A stretch of DNA of 64,000 nucleotides. Source: Candidatus Omnitrophota bacterium (GTDB lineage Bacteria > Omnitrophota > Gorgyraeia > JABMRG01). Positions 16,714 through 25,932 of this stretch are shown here, piece by piece. The notes beneath the pieces were generated by a model. The model worked only from the letters and a program-made list of their open reading frames with translations. It had not been told where the DNA came from and ran no database searches. Numbering within the stretch: position 1 is the stretch's first letter; each line of letters starts with the position of its first letter. The stretch is from contig JAQUQI010000005.1 in assembly GCA_028716165.1 (NCBI GenBank), forward strand, positions 24,996-88,995, given 5' to 3'. The translations under genes were made by a program, and so were the position numbers.

Positions 16714-19044
16714 ATGCACGGATTAAGGGTATTTAAAAAATCTTTGATATTTGTGTTAATATGCTGTTTTTTTATCAATCAGCAGCTTTTGGCCTGCGAA
16801 TTTTTTTGCCTAAGGCCCGCGTCTGTTAATAACTCCAACACCCCTCTTGTTTTACAGCAACCGGATGATTTAAACAAATTATCTGTAAAAGAACTTGAGG
16901 CCAAACTCCAAAATATTAAGTTGATTAAGCTGAAGGAGCTGAATAAATTGACACCGTCCAGCAAGGAGGAGCTTAAAGATCTCGCTGGCAGGGTAGCTGA
17001 AATGGGCGATTACTTGAGTGCGGTTATACAAAAAGAGTTATTGGGAAATGGTAAAAAATATGGCAATATTATGGAAAAATTTATGCTATTTTCAGCAGGT
17101 CCCGGAACTGGTAAGGATTATGTTTTTTCTAAAACATTTGGAAGAGAAAAAGAAAAAAATGCAAATAAAAAATGGAAGTATCCACACTATACAGATGGGA
17201 GCTTCTTTAAGTTAGTTGAAAAATTGATATTGTATCATTCAAGGCCGTTAAGAACAAAAGAAAATGAAAAAGACGGCTGGGAGTATAATTTTGACACAAG
17301 ACTTGATCATAATCGTATAAACACATTAGAAAATAAAGGAAAAATTAAAACCGCAACAGTAAACAGGCAGTTACAGGGTATGGCAATAAACGGATTTGAT
17401 GAGAAAGGCGTGGTAATAGAGAATGTTATCAATCCTGCAGATTTTAAAGCAGGTGATAAGGTAACAAAAACTATTGAATTTTTGGATGGAGAAAATCTCA
17501 AACAAGATGTTTTGGTTAAAAGGCAAGGCTTCGAGCAAAACCTGAAAATAACCACAGGTATAAAAGATGATGAAATAGGAGATGGCAAGCCCGGCGTCTT
17601 TATTGCGGGTGATATTATTGAAGAGGTTTCTCATAAAGATGTAACAGTTAAAAGGCCTGTAAAAGGCATAATGGATATTATTGATGGGCCCAAACTTGGG
17701 GTGGTTGAGGTAGGATATGGCTGGTTTAGGATGCTTACAGGTCCTCAATCTCCGACGAAGGATGTGTTCAAAATTTTTATAGCACCGTTTGACGAAAAAG
17801 AGATGCGATACATGACTAATGCAAGGAAATGGATTGAGCGCAGATTTACCAGCTATAATGAAAGAGCTTATGCCCATTTGTATATTTCATATAAGATGCA
17901 AGAAGCTAAGAAAGAATTATCAAACTTTAAATTCAAAGAAATAAGAGAATTAAAAAAAGACATAAAAGAACGCCTTAAAAAATTAAATAAAGATGAGGAT
18001 CTTATTGAAAAAGAGTTGGCTGATATTGCAGGCAAGGTTATGGAGTCTGGTATTAAAAAATTTGGATCAGACAAACAGACATATGCGAATCGTTTATTGG
18101 AATACGCAAAGCTTATAGAGAAAGAAGATTTTATAGTGCATCTGAATGAAAGATTGGAAAGCGATTTTGGTGATCCAAATGGAATAACGGACGTTAATCA
18201 AATAAGAGAAGCGAGATTGCTTGCTTACGAGATTAACAGAAGGACCCTTGCAAGGGATAGAGCTGTAGGGTTATCAAATGATGACAAACAGCCTGTTGAG
18301 TATGATAGATATAATAGATTGCTTGAAGGCATAATCCAGATTATGCATCGTAACGAATATGCCCAAAAAGGCGGTTTTGTTGTAATTAATAGGTGGGTAT
18401 TTGATCAAAGCAAGCAACAGGAATATGATGATGTTTTAAAAATACAATTTGCCGGAGCGTTTTTCTCAAATTTGATCGGAAAAATACAAGAAAAAATAAA
18501 ATCTCCTTCAGCAGGCATTGTCCCGGAGCGCGCGCCGGATTATGATGAGCAGTACATTTTAGCCGACGGGCTTCTTCGCTATTTCCCGGAGGGCATAATA
18601 AATGTCCCCGCGGAAAATCAAGCCGTGATAGTTTATTCAGATTCGCTCGCGGAAAGCGCGGCATTGCAGGATATAATCAGAAAGTCGTCAGCAGATGGCA
18701 GGAAATTTTATCTTGTCAATAAACAGGATTCCGTTTCCGCCGAAGATTTTTTAAGAAGCCTTAATATTGACAGGGATATATTTGAAAGCAATGTTTTTTT
18801 GCAAAACTCGCTTTCAGCCGATCAACTGGCGCTTAATATAGCGGCCGTGCTTAATAAAAACGGTATCCGCCAGGGCAGGGTGTTTGCCAGCGCGCAAGAC
18901 GATCTCATTGCCTGGAGCAGACAGGGCCTTATTGAAGCCCTTGTAATGCTACTAAAGGACAAGAAGTTTGAGATAATATCGGATTACAGCCAGCAGCATA
19001 CCGAATATATCAGGACGCATGTCGAGGCGCTGAAAGCGGCATAA
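16714..19044 (+). CDS. Secreted/lipoprotein 776-aa paralog of the giant protein's C-terminal region: GK-like domain with degenerate P-loop plus conserved C-terminal module
   Basis: RBS AAAGGAGG 6 nt upstream of the start. Signal peptide with a possible lipobox LLAC, then EFFCLRPASV. GPGTGKD...LYHSRPLR..DGWEYNF...VEVGYGW...IFIAPFDEKEM aligns with the giant protein's GK-like segment. The last ~150 aa align with the giant protein's C-terminus. Confidence 0.7.
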   Translation: MHGLRVFKKSLIFVLICCFFINQQLLACEFFCLRPASVNNSNTPLVLQQPDDLNKLSVKELEAKLQNIKLIKLKELNKLTPSSKEELKDLAGRVAEMGDYLSAVIQKELLGNGKKYGNIMEKFMLFSAGPGTGKDYVFSKTFGREKEKNANKKWKYPHYTDGSFFKLVEKLILYHSRPLRTKENEKDGWEYNFDTRLDHNRINTLENKGKIKTATVNRQLQGMAINGFDEKGVVIENVINPADFKAGDKVTKTIEFLDGENLKQDVLVKRQGFEQNLKITTGIKDDEIGDGKPGVFIAGDIIEEVSHKDVTVKRPVKGIMDIIDGPKLGVVEVGYGWFRMLTGPQSPTKDVFKIFIAPFDEKEMRYMTNARKWIERRFTSYNERAYAHLYISYKMQEAKKELSNFKFKEIRELKKDIKERLKKLNKDEDLIEKELADIAGKVMESGIKKFGSDKQTYANRLLEYAKLIEKEDFIVHLNERLESDFGDPNGITDVNQIREARLLAYEINRRTLARDRAVGLSNDDKQPVEYDRYNRLLEGIIQIMHRNEYAQKGGFVVINRWVFDQSKQQEYDDVLKIQFAGAFFSNLIGKIQEKIKSPSAGIVPERAPDYDEQYILADGLLRYFPEGIINVPAENQAVIVYSDSLAESAALQDIIRKSSADGRKFYLVNKQDSVSAEDFLRSLNIDRDIFESNVFLQNSLSADQLALNIAAVLNKNGIRQGRVFASAQDDLIAWSRQGLIEALVMLLKDKKFEIISDYSQQHTEYIRTHVEALKAA

Positions 19045-19217
19045 TAAAACCTTAAAGGGCCTTACGCGCCCGGCAGATTATCGCGGTGATATTATGCGGT
19101 TTGATATCCTGTATTGATACCGTTTTCTATATCAGAAAATCGGATTATACCGTGCTTTTTACCAACAATCGCTAAAATTATTTATCAAAAACCGGATAGG
19201 ACACACTAAATAAACAT

Positions 19218-22200
19218 ATGGGTGTGAGAAAAGTTTCGCTAAAAATATCCGCCGTTTTTTTAATGGCAATAACGCTGGCCATATGGGCCAGGCCCGCCTT
19301 TTCTCTGTCCTGCCTTAGGCCGTCATCCCTGGCCGCGTCTAATGATACGGGTATAGTCCTGGATCTGCGGCCTGCGAATGGAGCGAATTTTAACAGTCAA
19401 AAAGCGCTCGCTGATTTTTTACATAAACGCGGGCTTATGCCGCAAGGCGTAAAAAGAAAGACCGCGCGCCTGGCAATCAGGGAAATGGCAAAGGCCCTTG
19501 AGACATACAGATTTGCCCAAGGTTTTAAATATCCTCCGTCAGATGAAGAGATCCTGAACTCGCTTGAGGATACCAACCTGTTCGATCCTTATAGAATCAG
19601 CCATAAATTACCGGTAACAATGGTTTTCAGGAAAGGCGCTTACAACGGAGATTACAAGAATAATATATCAAGAATTATTTTTACCCTAAGCCACGATTTT
19701 TGCGCGTTTGCTTCTATATGCGGGGTTGAAACGGAAGATAATGATATTATTTCTCTTGCCAGCCTGCATTATTGCGAGTTTGGCGACATGCTGTATGATA
19801 TGAGCGATGGAGTGCTTACTTCATTTCTCAAGTCTTGCGTTAGCCAGGCTGTATTTGAAGATACCACCAATAGCTTATGGGGTGTCGGTTTTAACGGGGC
19901 CGCCTGTTGTATTATAAGAAACCCATTGTCTCATAGGGAGAAAAAGGAGATTATCAAGCAATTCGCGGCATCTTTTTCAAACATTGGGATTTTAGGAAAA
20001 ACATTAATACTTAAGCCCGGTAAAAATACGGACGAAGCAGACATGGCTGTTATACAGGCCCGCGCCAACAGCGTTTATGGTTTTGCCAATAAGTCTTCTG
20101 CGGGAAAAGGCAAAGTGTATTTTCCTGTTGCCACATCAAGGGCTTTTGATAAAAACAGTTTCCCCCACACATTATGGAAAATAAGGGCGGCCGGTATAGT
20201 AGAGGCCTTAAACGCGGTTTTGCGCTCTAAAGGCATAAAACCTGAAAATGCCACTGTGATATTATGCGGGAAAACGGTTATAGCGCGTGGGGTTTTTGAT
20301 ATATTATTGTCGCAGAAGACAAAGGTAGTGGGGATATATGACGGTGACCATTGTCTGTATAACAAAAAAGGCATTGTGTCCCAGTATGGCAACAAAAAGG
20401 ATGACAATGTGATATTGGCAGACCTTTTAAGCATGGAGGCCACTGCCCTGGTTTCAACAGACATTTTTTCTCTTATCAGTTCAAAAAATATGCCCAGGCT
20501 TTGCGTGGATGTTATTATTGACGGCATATATCCGGCAATAAATCCTGAAACGTCAGATGCTCAAGCATTACCTGGCAAGATCACATATATACCCGCGTGC
20601 TTAAGCTGTGGCAGCAGCGCCTATGCCAGCGCCAGCGAGTTTTTTAACAGCAATGCCTCCGGTATGAACATAAAAGACCCGAGGATGCACCTTGAAAGAA
20701 GCATATTCAATATTGTCAATTCACTTGTTTTCTTAACAGACCGGGGTATCGTTCAAGGTTCTGTATACAATATATTAACAAAAAAAGCCGAAGAAATACG
20801 GAGCTTAAGGAACAGGTTCATAGAAGTTCCTACGGAAGAAGTCATAGAAGAGGCTGAATTTGAAATGCTTTACGGCTTGCCGGAAAGAATAGCCTTTTTG
20901 CGCGCTGCCACAAATATTGCCCTGACAAAAGTATTGTTTTCCGGTATCAGCTCCAATGCTCTTATGGATATTATTATGTCCGCTCGCTCCGATATGCTTG
21001 AAAAGAGAACGGCTGTTTATATATTAGGTAAAAAACAGGACCTTTCGTCAGTTGCTGAATTAATGCGGATAATATCGGATGAGGATGAGGACATAGACTT
21101 GAGGATAAACGCTATAGAGGCTGTCGGAAACATGAGGGCCGGAAGCGCGATAGAGCTCTTGCTTAAAATATGCAAACAAAAGAGTAAAGGTACGGATTTG
21201 TCCGGTTGGGCATCCTGGGCCCTTGAAAAGATGGGAGTCGCATTAAACGGGCAGAAAAGCCCGGTTAAAGAAGGAATATCATTCAGCCGCGCGCTGGAAG
21301 AATTGCCGAAAAAGGCGGCGGACGCTTGGTTTAATAATATACAAAAAGAGGGCAATAAGCCTGTTATGATCGGTTTTTCGGGGTATTCGGCAAGCGGTAA
21401 ATCGTACTTCGCGTCTTCTTTTGTCAAAAAATTGAAACTGATTATTGCGTCCCAACGGCGCAGATTAGATAAAGCTCCGGATAAAGCTGTGCATGAGATG
21501 CCCGCTATATACCGGCTTGATATGGATGAATACCTTATTCCAAAAAATGAGCGTTTGGCGCGCGCGAAAAGTTTAGGTTATGAGTTGTCAATTTTTATTA
21601 AATACGAAATAAAAAGATACTATGAAGACATGAAGGCCTTTGCCGCGGGCAAGCCTATATATGTCCCGCATTTTAATCAGGTAACGCGCCAGCGCCAGCG
21701 TTTGGCTCAAAGCCAGATTGACCTGGCAAGGATTGCTTTGGCGCGGGGCGCCGAAAGCCATGAACGCTATATAGACGGCCGAAAACATACTATTGTTTAT
21801 AGCCCTGCGATCAGCAGTGAAATGGGTATAATGGCTTATATAGACCTTGAGTCAGGGGATATCCTTACGCGTTTAGACCCGGAGAACAATATCCTTATAG
21901 TTGAGGGCATATTGGCCCTTACGAGCGAATCTGTCAACAGCTTGTTTTATGAAAGCATTTTTATAAAAGCGCCATGGACATTAAGATACTTGCGGGACAT
22001 TGAGCGTTATATCGCAACGGGTAAATACGCTTCTTTGACAGTGCAGCAGGTAAAAGAGAAGTTTGAGAGAAAGCGCGCTGCGGAAGAAACGCGTTTTATA
22101 TCCGCCCAGGAATCTATAAGTTCGCGTGTTGTGGATACCGCGGACAGCCCAACTGGCGCTTATGTTGAAGCCTTTACCGGAGCTTTAGACCTTTACAGGC

Positions 22201-23510
22201 AATGGCGCTTGGAGATATCCGCGGAAAAGGCAGGGCTATCCGAACAAAAAGAAAAAGTCAAGGGCCTCTTCATGGATATTGTCCGCCGGCATATTATTGA
22301 TAAAAATGTTTTAGAGAAACTCTGGACAAGGTTCTGCCAGAATACCCTTTTGCTGGAAAGAAGCGCTCTTTTTGACCTTGTTTCGCGCGTGATTGAAGAG
22401 CAGAACAGAAAATTATGGCCGTCATTATCAAAAACCGCAAAAAAGACTGTGATAAGTGGTATTCTGGAAAGCCGCGGCCTTGATTGCCAGGATTTTGACA
22501 TATTATGGTTTTCAGTATCTGTCCCGGATGAAATCAGGAAATACACCAGTACCCTGCCTGCCGGCGCGCCGGAGAATGGACAGATATGCTATTTTGGCCC
22601 GGATTCTATAAAGGGCCGGGACATAAAACTTATTATGGCTGATTTTGACCGCACCCTTTCTTCAGACCCATTTGCCATCGGGGATGATATCATCAGAGAG
22701 ATTGAAAAATTTCTTGCCTCCGGCGGCATATTTGTTGTCAACACAGGAAGGACGACAGACAGGATGCGCACGGTATTTGACAAAAGGATAGCGCCTGAAT
22801 TAAGAAAAAACATGATCTTCATGGGAGAATTTTCATCAATTATAGCCGGATACGATGAGAACGGCACTTTTTATACTGACTACCAATCCTCATTAAATGA
22901 TGATTTTCTCCTTAGCAAGGCCTTTACAGATAAGGTCATTGAAGACCTGCGTCTTAGGCTCGGTGTTAAAGCGGCATTGGAAGATGATTATAATCCCGTT
23001 GAACATGACGTGAAAATAATAAAGAACGGTAAACAGGCGACCATTACGGTATCATATGAAGATTGCCCGCGGATAAAATGCAAAACAAAGGACATGCGTT
23101 TTTTGCTTGAGAATGTTTTAAAGTCTTTTGGAAGGAGCGATTTCCATTTGTATGAAACATCCAGGTGCATTGATATATCCTTTAGGTCAAAGGCTTTTGG
23201 GCTTGATTGGGCGCTTGACAGATTCGGCCTGGATCCCGGGCAAATTGTAATCATAGGAGATAGCGCGGGATTATTTAAAAACGACAGGCCTATGTTAACG
23301 CATTTACCCCAGGCTTTAAATGTTTATGTAGGGATTGAAGATATCAATTCCCTGCCCAGCGGTATATTATATGGCAAAATGCCTTCAGAGGCAGGGGTTG
23401 TAGAAATACTGCGGGCAATTACAGGCGCCGGAAACGAAGTTAAAGGCCCCGGTCGCGTTACAATATTTGATAAGCGCCAGTTCGCGGCCGGCATAATGGC
23501 CGCTGCCTGA
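19218..23510 (+). CDS. Secreted 1430-aa multidomain protein: degenerate Glu/Leu/Phe/Val-dehydrogenase-like region, HEAT (PBS-lyase-like) repeats, PRK/uridine-kinase-like P-loop domain, C-terminal HAD-IIB phosphatase domain
   Basis: Signal peptide then LSCLRPSSLAAS. The GDH-like stretch (~19670-20420) has the GGGKGG lysine motif replaced by GAACCI and the Rossmann GFGNVG replaced by GKTVIARG. HEAT is LRINAIEAVGNMRAGSAIELL. The P-loop is GFSGYSASGKSYF (nt ~21370-21410). HAD motifs are DFDRTL (nt ~22640) and GDSAGLFKND. Confidence 0.65.
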   Translation: MGVRKVSLKISAVFLMAITLAIWARPAFSLSCLRPSSLAASNDTGIVLDLRPANGANFNSQKALADFLHKRGLMPQGVKRKTARLAIREMAKALETYRFAQGFKYPPSDEEILNSLEDTNLFDPYRISHKLPVTMVFRKGAYNGDYKNNISRIIFTLSHDFCAFASICGVETEDNDIISLASLHYCEFGDMLYDMSDGVLTSFLKSCVSQAVFEDTTNSLWGVGFNGAACCIIRNPLSHREKKEIIKQFAASFSNIGILGKTLILKPGKNTDEADMAVIQARANSVYGFANKSSAGKGKVYFPVATSRAFDKNSFPHTLWKIRAAGIVEALNAVLRSKGIKPENATVILCGKTVIARGVFDILLSQKTKVVGIYDGDHCLYNKKGIVSQYGNKKDDNVILADLLSMEATALVSTDIFSLISSKNMPRLCVDVIIDGIYPAINPETSDAQALPGKITYIPACLSCGSSAYASASEFFNSNASGMNIKDPRMHLERSIFNIVNSLVFLTDRGIVQGSVYNILTKKAEEIRSLRNRFIEVPTEEVIEEAEFEMLYGLPERIAFLRAATNIALTKVLFSGISSNALMDIIMSARSDMLEKRTAVYILGKKQDLSSVAELMRIISDEDEDIDLRINAIEAVGNMRAGSAIELLLKICKQKSKGTDLSGWASWALEKMGVALNGQKSPVKEGISFSRALEELPKKAADAWFNNIQKEGNKPVMIGFSGYSASGKSYFASSFVKKLKLIIASQRRRLDKAPDKAVHEMPAIYRLDMDEYLIPKNERLARAKSLGYELSIFIKYEIKRYYEDMKAFAAGKPIYVPHFNQVTRQRQRLAQSQIDLARIALARGAESHERYIDGRKHTIVYSPAISSEMGIMAYIDLESGDILTRLDPENNILIVEGILALTSESVNSLFYESIFIKAPWTLRYLRDIERYIATGKYASLTVQQVKEKFERKRAAEETRFISAQESISSRVVDTADSPTGAYVEAFTGALDLYRQWRLEISAEKAGLSEQKEKVKGLFMDIVRRHIIDKNVLEKLWTRFCQNTLLLERSALFDLVSRVIEEQNRKLWPSLSKTAKKTVISGILESRGLDCQDFDILWFSVSVPDEIRKYTSTLPAGAPENGQICYFGPDSIKGRDIKLIMADFDRTLSSDPFAIGDDIIREIEKFLASGGIFVVNTGRTTDRMRTVFDKRIAPELRKNMIFMGEFSSIIAGYDENGTFYTDYQSSLNDDFLLSKAFTDKVIEDLRLRLGVKAALEDDYNPVEHDVKIIKNGKQATITVSYEDCPRIKCKTKDMRFLLENVLKSFGRSDFHLYETSRCIDISFRSKAFGLDWALDRFGLDPGQIVIIGDSAGLFKNDRPMLTHLPQALNVYVGIEDINSLPSGILYGKMPSEAGVVEILRAITGAGNEVKGPGRVTIFDKRQFAAGIMAAA

Positions 23511-23788
23511 TACTGCGCAGTTATAATCCAGGCGATATTTTGATAAGTAAGGCACCGTCTTAAAACGCGCGCTTGCCGCTCTTTATTATTTTTTCGGTTT
23601 TTTTCGTGTATCCATGGTGAAAATCTGACCGGGAAGGAGGGAAAAAGTAAAAGCTGATTTTTCAGGATTTTAGCTTGACGCATATTGCTGATTTTGATAA
23701 ACTAATAACACTTATCCTTTAAAAGGATCAAAATAACCGCTGTTTCTGCGTTTAATGCATGAGAACTTATATAAAGGAGGAACGGATA

Positions 23789-24433
23789 ATGAATAAGGCA
23801 TTTTATTGCTTTTCCTGCGTGTTTTTAATGGCTTTGCTTGCGCTTTCGGGTTGCGCGAAACAAGAAGAAATCGTTATTGAAGAGTTTGAGGCGAAGAGCG
23901 CCGCCACGGGCAATGAGTTCAAGGTTTTTAATATATATACAGACAAGTCATCCCCGGGCAATCATTATATACCTTCAGGCTGGATGGGAGATTTCGGCGA
24001 CATAAAATTGAACGACCGCTGGATGGAAAATTCTCATAGCGGGACTACGTGTATCAGGATAGAATATGTGCCGCGCCGTTCGCAAGGCGCCGGCTGGATG
24101 GGCATATACTGGCAGAACCCCGCCAATAACTGGGGTTCAAAAAAATCCGGCTTTGACCTGACCGGCGCGAAGCAATTATCGTTTTATGCCCGCGGCGAAA
24201 AAGGCGGCGAAATTATATCGGAATTTAAAATAGGCGGTATCAGCGGTGAATTTTCTGATTCAGATTCCGCGGGTATCGGCCCTGCCATGCTTACCCAGGA
24301 TTGGAAAAAGTATGAGATAGACCTGAAAGGCAAGGACCTCTCGCATATTATAGGCGGTTTTTGTTTTTCGGCGAATTCTGACGACAATCCTGACGGTTTC
24401 ATAATATATCTTGACGAAATAAAATACGAGTAA
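23789..24433 (+). CDS. Lipoprotein with a CBM-like beta-sandwich domain (paralog 1 of 3)
   Basis: RBS AAGGAGG 7 nt upstream of the ATG at 23789 (the ORF track's start at 23759 is probably too early). Lipobox LSGC. Conserved FNIY.D...GNH(Y/F).PSGWMGD...W......G..C..I.Y.......GW.G.YWQNP.NNWG.KK.GFDLTGA..L.F.ARGEKGGE..........D..Y. Confidence 0.6.
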   Translation: MNKAFYCFSCVFLMALLALSGCAKQEEIVIEEFEAKSAATGNEFKVFNIYTDKSSPGNHYIPSGWMGDFGDIKLNDRWMENSHSGTTCIRIEYVPRRSQGAGWMGIYWQNPANNWGSKKSGFDLTGAKQLSFYARGEKGGEIISEFKIGGISGEFSDSDSAGIGPAMLTQDWKKYEIDLKGKDLSHIIGGFCFSANSDDNPDGFIIYLDEIKYE

Positions 24434-24465
24434 TAAACAATCCGCATGCTTTTTCCGAGCTGCAA

Positions 24466-24520
24466 CCGGCGCGCCTTTATGGCGTGCCGGCTTTGCCCCG
24501 GACGGCGGTGGTTTATTTTT
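24466..24520 (+). terminator. Possible terminator hairpin after the CBM-like gene at 23789
   Basis: CCGGCGCGCC-tttat-GGCGTGCCGG (one mismatch) followed ~20 nt later by TTTATTTTT. Confidence 0.3.
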
Positions 24521-24534
24521 AATATGAGGGATTT

Positions 24535-25812
24535 ATGATAAATAAAAAGTTTAAGCTAAAACCAAAAAAGCAAAATTCCAATAAAAAATTTATCCTATTT
24601 GTACTGGCCCTATTTTTTATGCTGTTATTAGGCATTTGCGTTGCTCTGATAGTAAAGTTTTCTTCAAAACCGGGAGTCGCTATACAAAAAAATTCAAAAG
24701 GGGATTATGTTTTGACCGTAAATAATAAACCCTATATAGTAAGGGGTGTCTGCTACAATCCAACACCTGTAGGAGAGGGCCCTATATATAATTGGTGGGG
24801 CAACCCTGCCAAGCCCTGGATTGCTGATGGAAGTCTTATGAAAGAGGCCGGCATTAATACCGTCCGGTTCTATGAACCCGGAGGCAAGCCCGAGCAGGTA
24901 AAGTCGGTGATATCTGATTTTTATGAAAAATACGGTATACGCTCTGTTATGGGCCATGGGCTTGGTTTTTGGGACTATCCTCATGCCAATTATGCCGATA
25001 TTGATTTCAGGCAGAAAATAAAAAAGCAGGTATACCAAATGGTCCAGGCCTACAAGCGAGAACCCGGAGTCATGGCATGGGTTTTGGGCAATGAGGCCAA
25101 TTATTCGTTTGACGGGAGCATGAATTCCTGGTCGACACCCGAGTTGGATGCTATTGAGAATGCCAAAGACAGACAGCTTGCCAAGGCCAAAATATACTAC
25201 ACTTTTTTAAACGACCTTGCGCGCATCGTAAAAACAATCGATCCTACAAGGCCTGTGGGTTTCGGTAACGGTGAACTTGGAAGCATAGAGATAGCTAAGG
25301 AGTATTGCCCTGATTTTGATTTTGCCGGCATTATTATTTACAGGGGAAAATCTTTCGGAAATCTTTTTCGCCAGCTTAAAGAAAGATATGGCAAGCCTTG
25401 CATGATTATAGAATTTGGTTGCGATTCGTACAATGCCCTTAAACAGGAACCCGACGAGGAAAGCCAGGCTTTTTTCCTGAAAACATTGTGGCAGGAAGTG
25501 GATTATAATACCTATCGCGGAAAAGGGGAAGGCAACTGCCTGGGAGGGCTTATATTTTCATGGACCGACGAATGGTGGAAAAGCAACCAGGATGACCCCA
25601 AAACATGGTCTATCCATAATACAGAGGCGAGTTGGACAAACGCCTCTTATTATTTTGACACAGAAGGCAACCCCAATATGAATGAAGAGTGGTTTGGCAT
25701 TGTTTCAGTCAGCTCTGAAAAAGAAAACGGCATAGATAAAAGGCTTCCAAAGAGGTCTTACGGTGTTTTAAAAGAACTATGGCTTTTAGAAGATAAGCCG
25801 GGCCGTAACTGA
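24535..25812 (+). CDS. Membrane-anchored clan GH-A (GH5-like) TIM-barrel glycoside hydrolase
   Basis: N-terminal TM anchor. WVLGNE (acid/base) and IIEFGCDSYN (nucleophile-like TE/EFG) motifs, plus ...FSWTDEWWK. Paralogous to the ORF at 29714. Confidence 0.6.
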   Translation: MINKKFKLKPKKQNSNKKFILFVLALFFMLLLGICVALIVKFSSKPGVAIQKNSKGDYVLTVNNKPYIVRGVCYNPTPVGEGPIYNWWGNPAKPWIADGSLMKEAGINTVRFYEPGGKPEQVKSVISDFYEKYGIRSVMGHGLGFWDYPHANYADIDFRQKIKKQVYQMVQAYKREPGVMAWVLGNEANYSFDGSMNSWSTPELDAIENAKDRQLAKAKIYYTFLNDLARIVKTIDPTRPVGFGNGELGSIEIAKEYCPDFDFAGIIIYRGKSFGNLFRQLKERYGKPCMIIEFGCDSYNALKQEPDEESQAFFLKTLWQEVDYNTYRGKGEGNCLGGLIFSWTDEWWKSNQDDPKTWSIHNTEASWTNASYYFDTEGNPNMNEEWFGIVSVSSEKENGIDKRLPKRSYGVLKELWLLEDKPGRN

Positions 25813-25932
25813 TATTTGTTTTAAGGCCACGGAAGCCTTCATTTGAGCGGAGAAAAGGCTTGTAGTCTCGGGTACCGGGAATTAATTGAATAATAAGCAT
25901 GATTCCGAAGGCAAGAGAAAGGATATGAACGT

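Noticed and set aside
23560-23607. T-rich tract after the 1430-aa gene (…aaaacgcgcgcttgccgctctttattattttttcggtttttttcg) as a rho-independent terminator
   Set aside because: There are U-runs, but I could not find a convincing stem: GCGCGC is self-complementary but forms no stable hairpin with its flank. Left unannotated.
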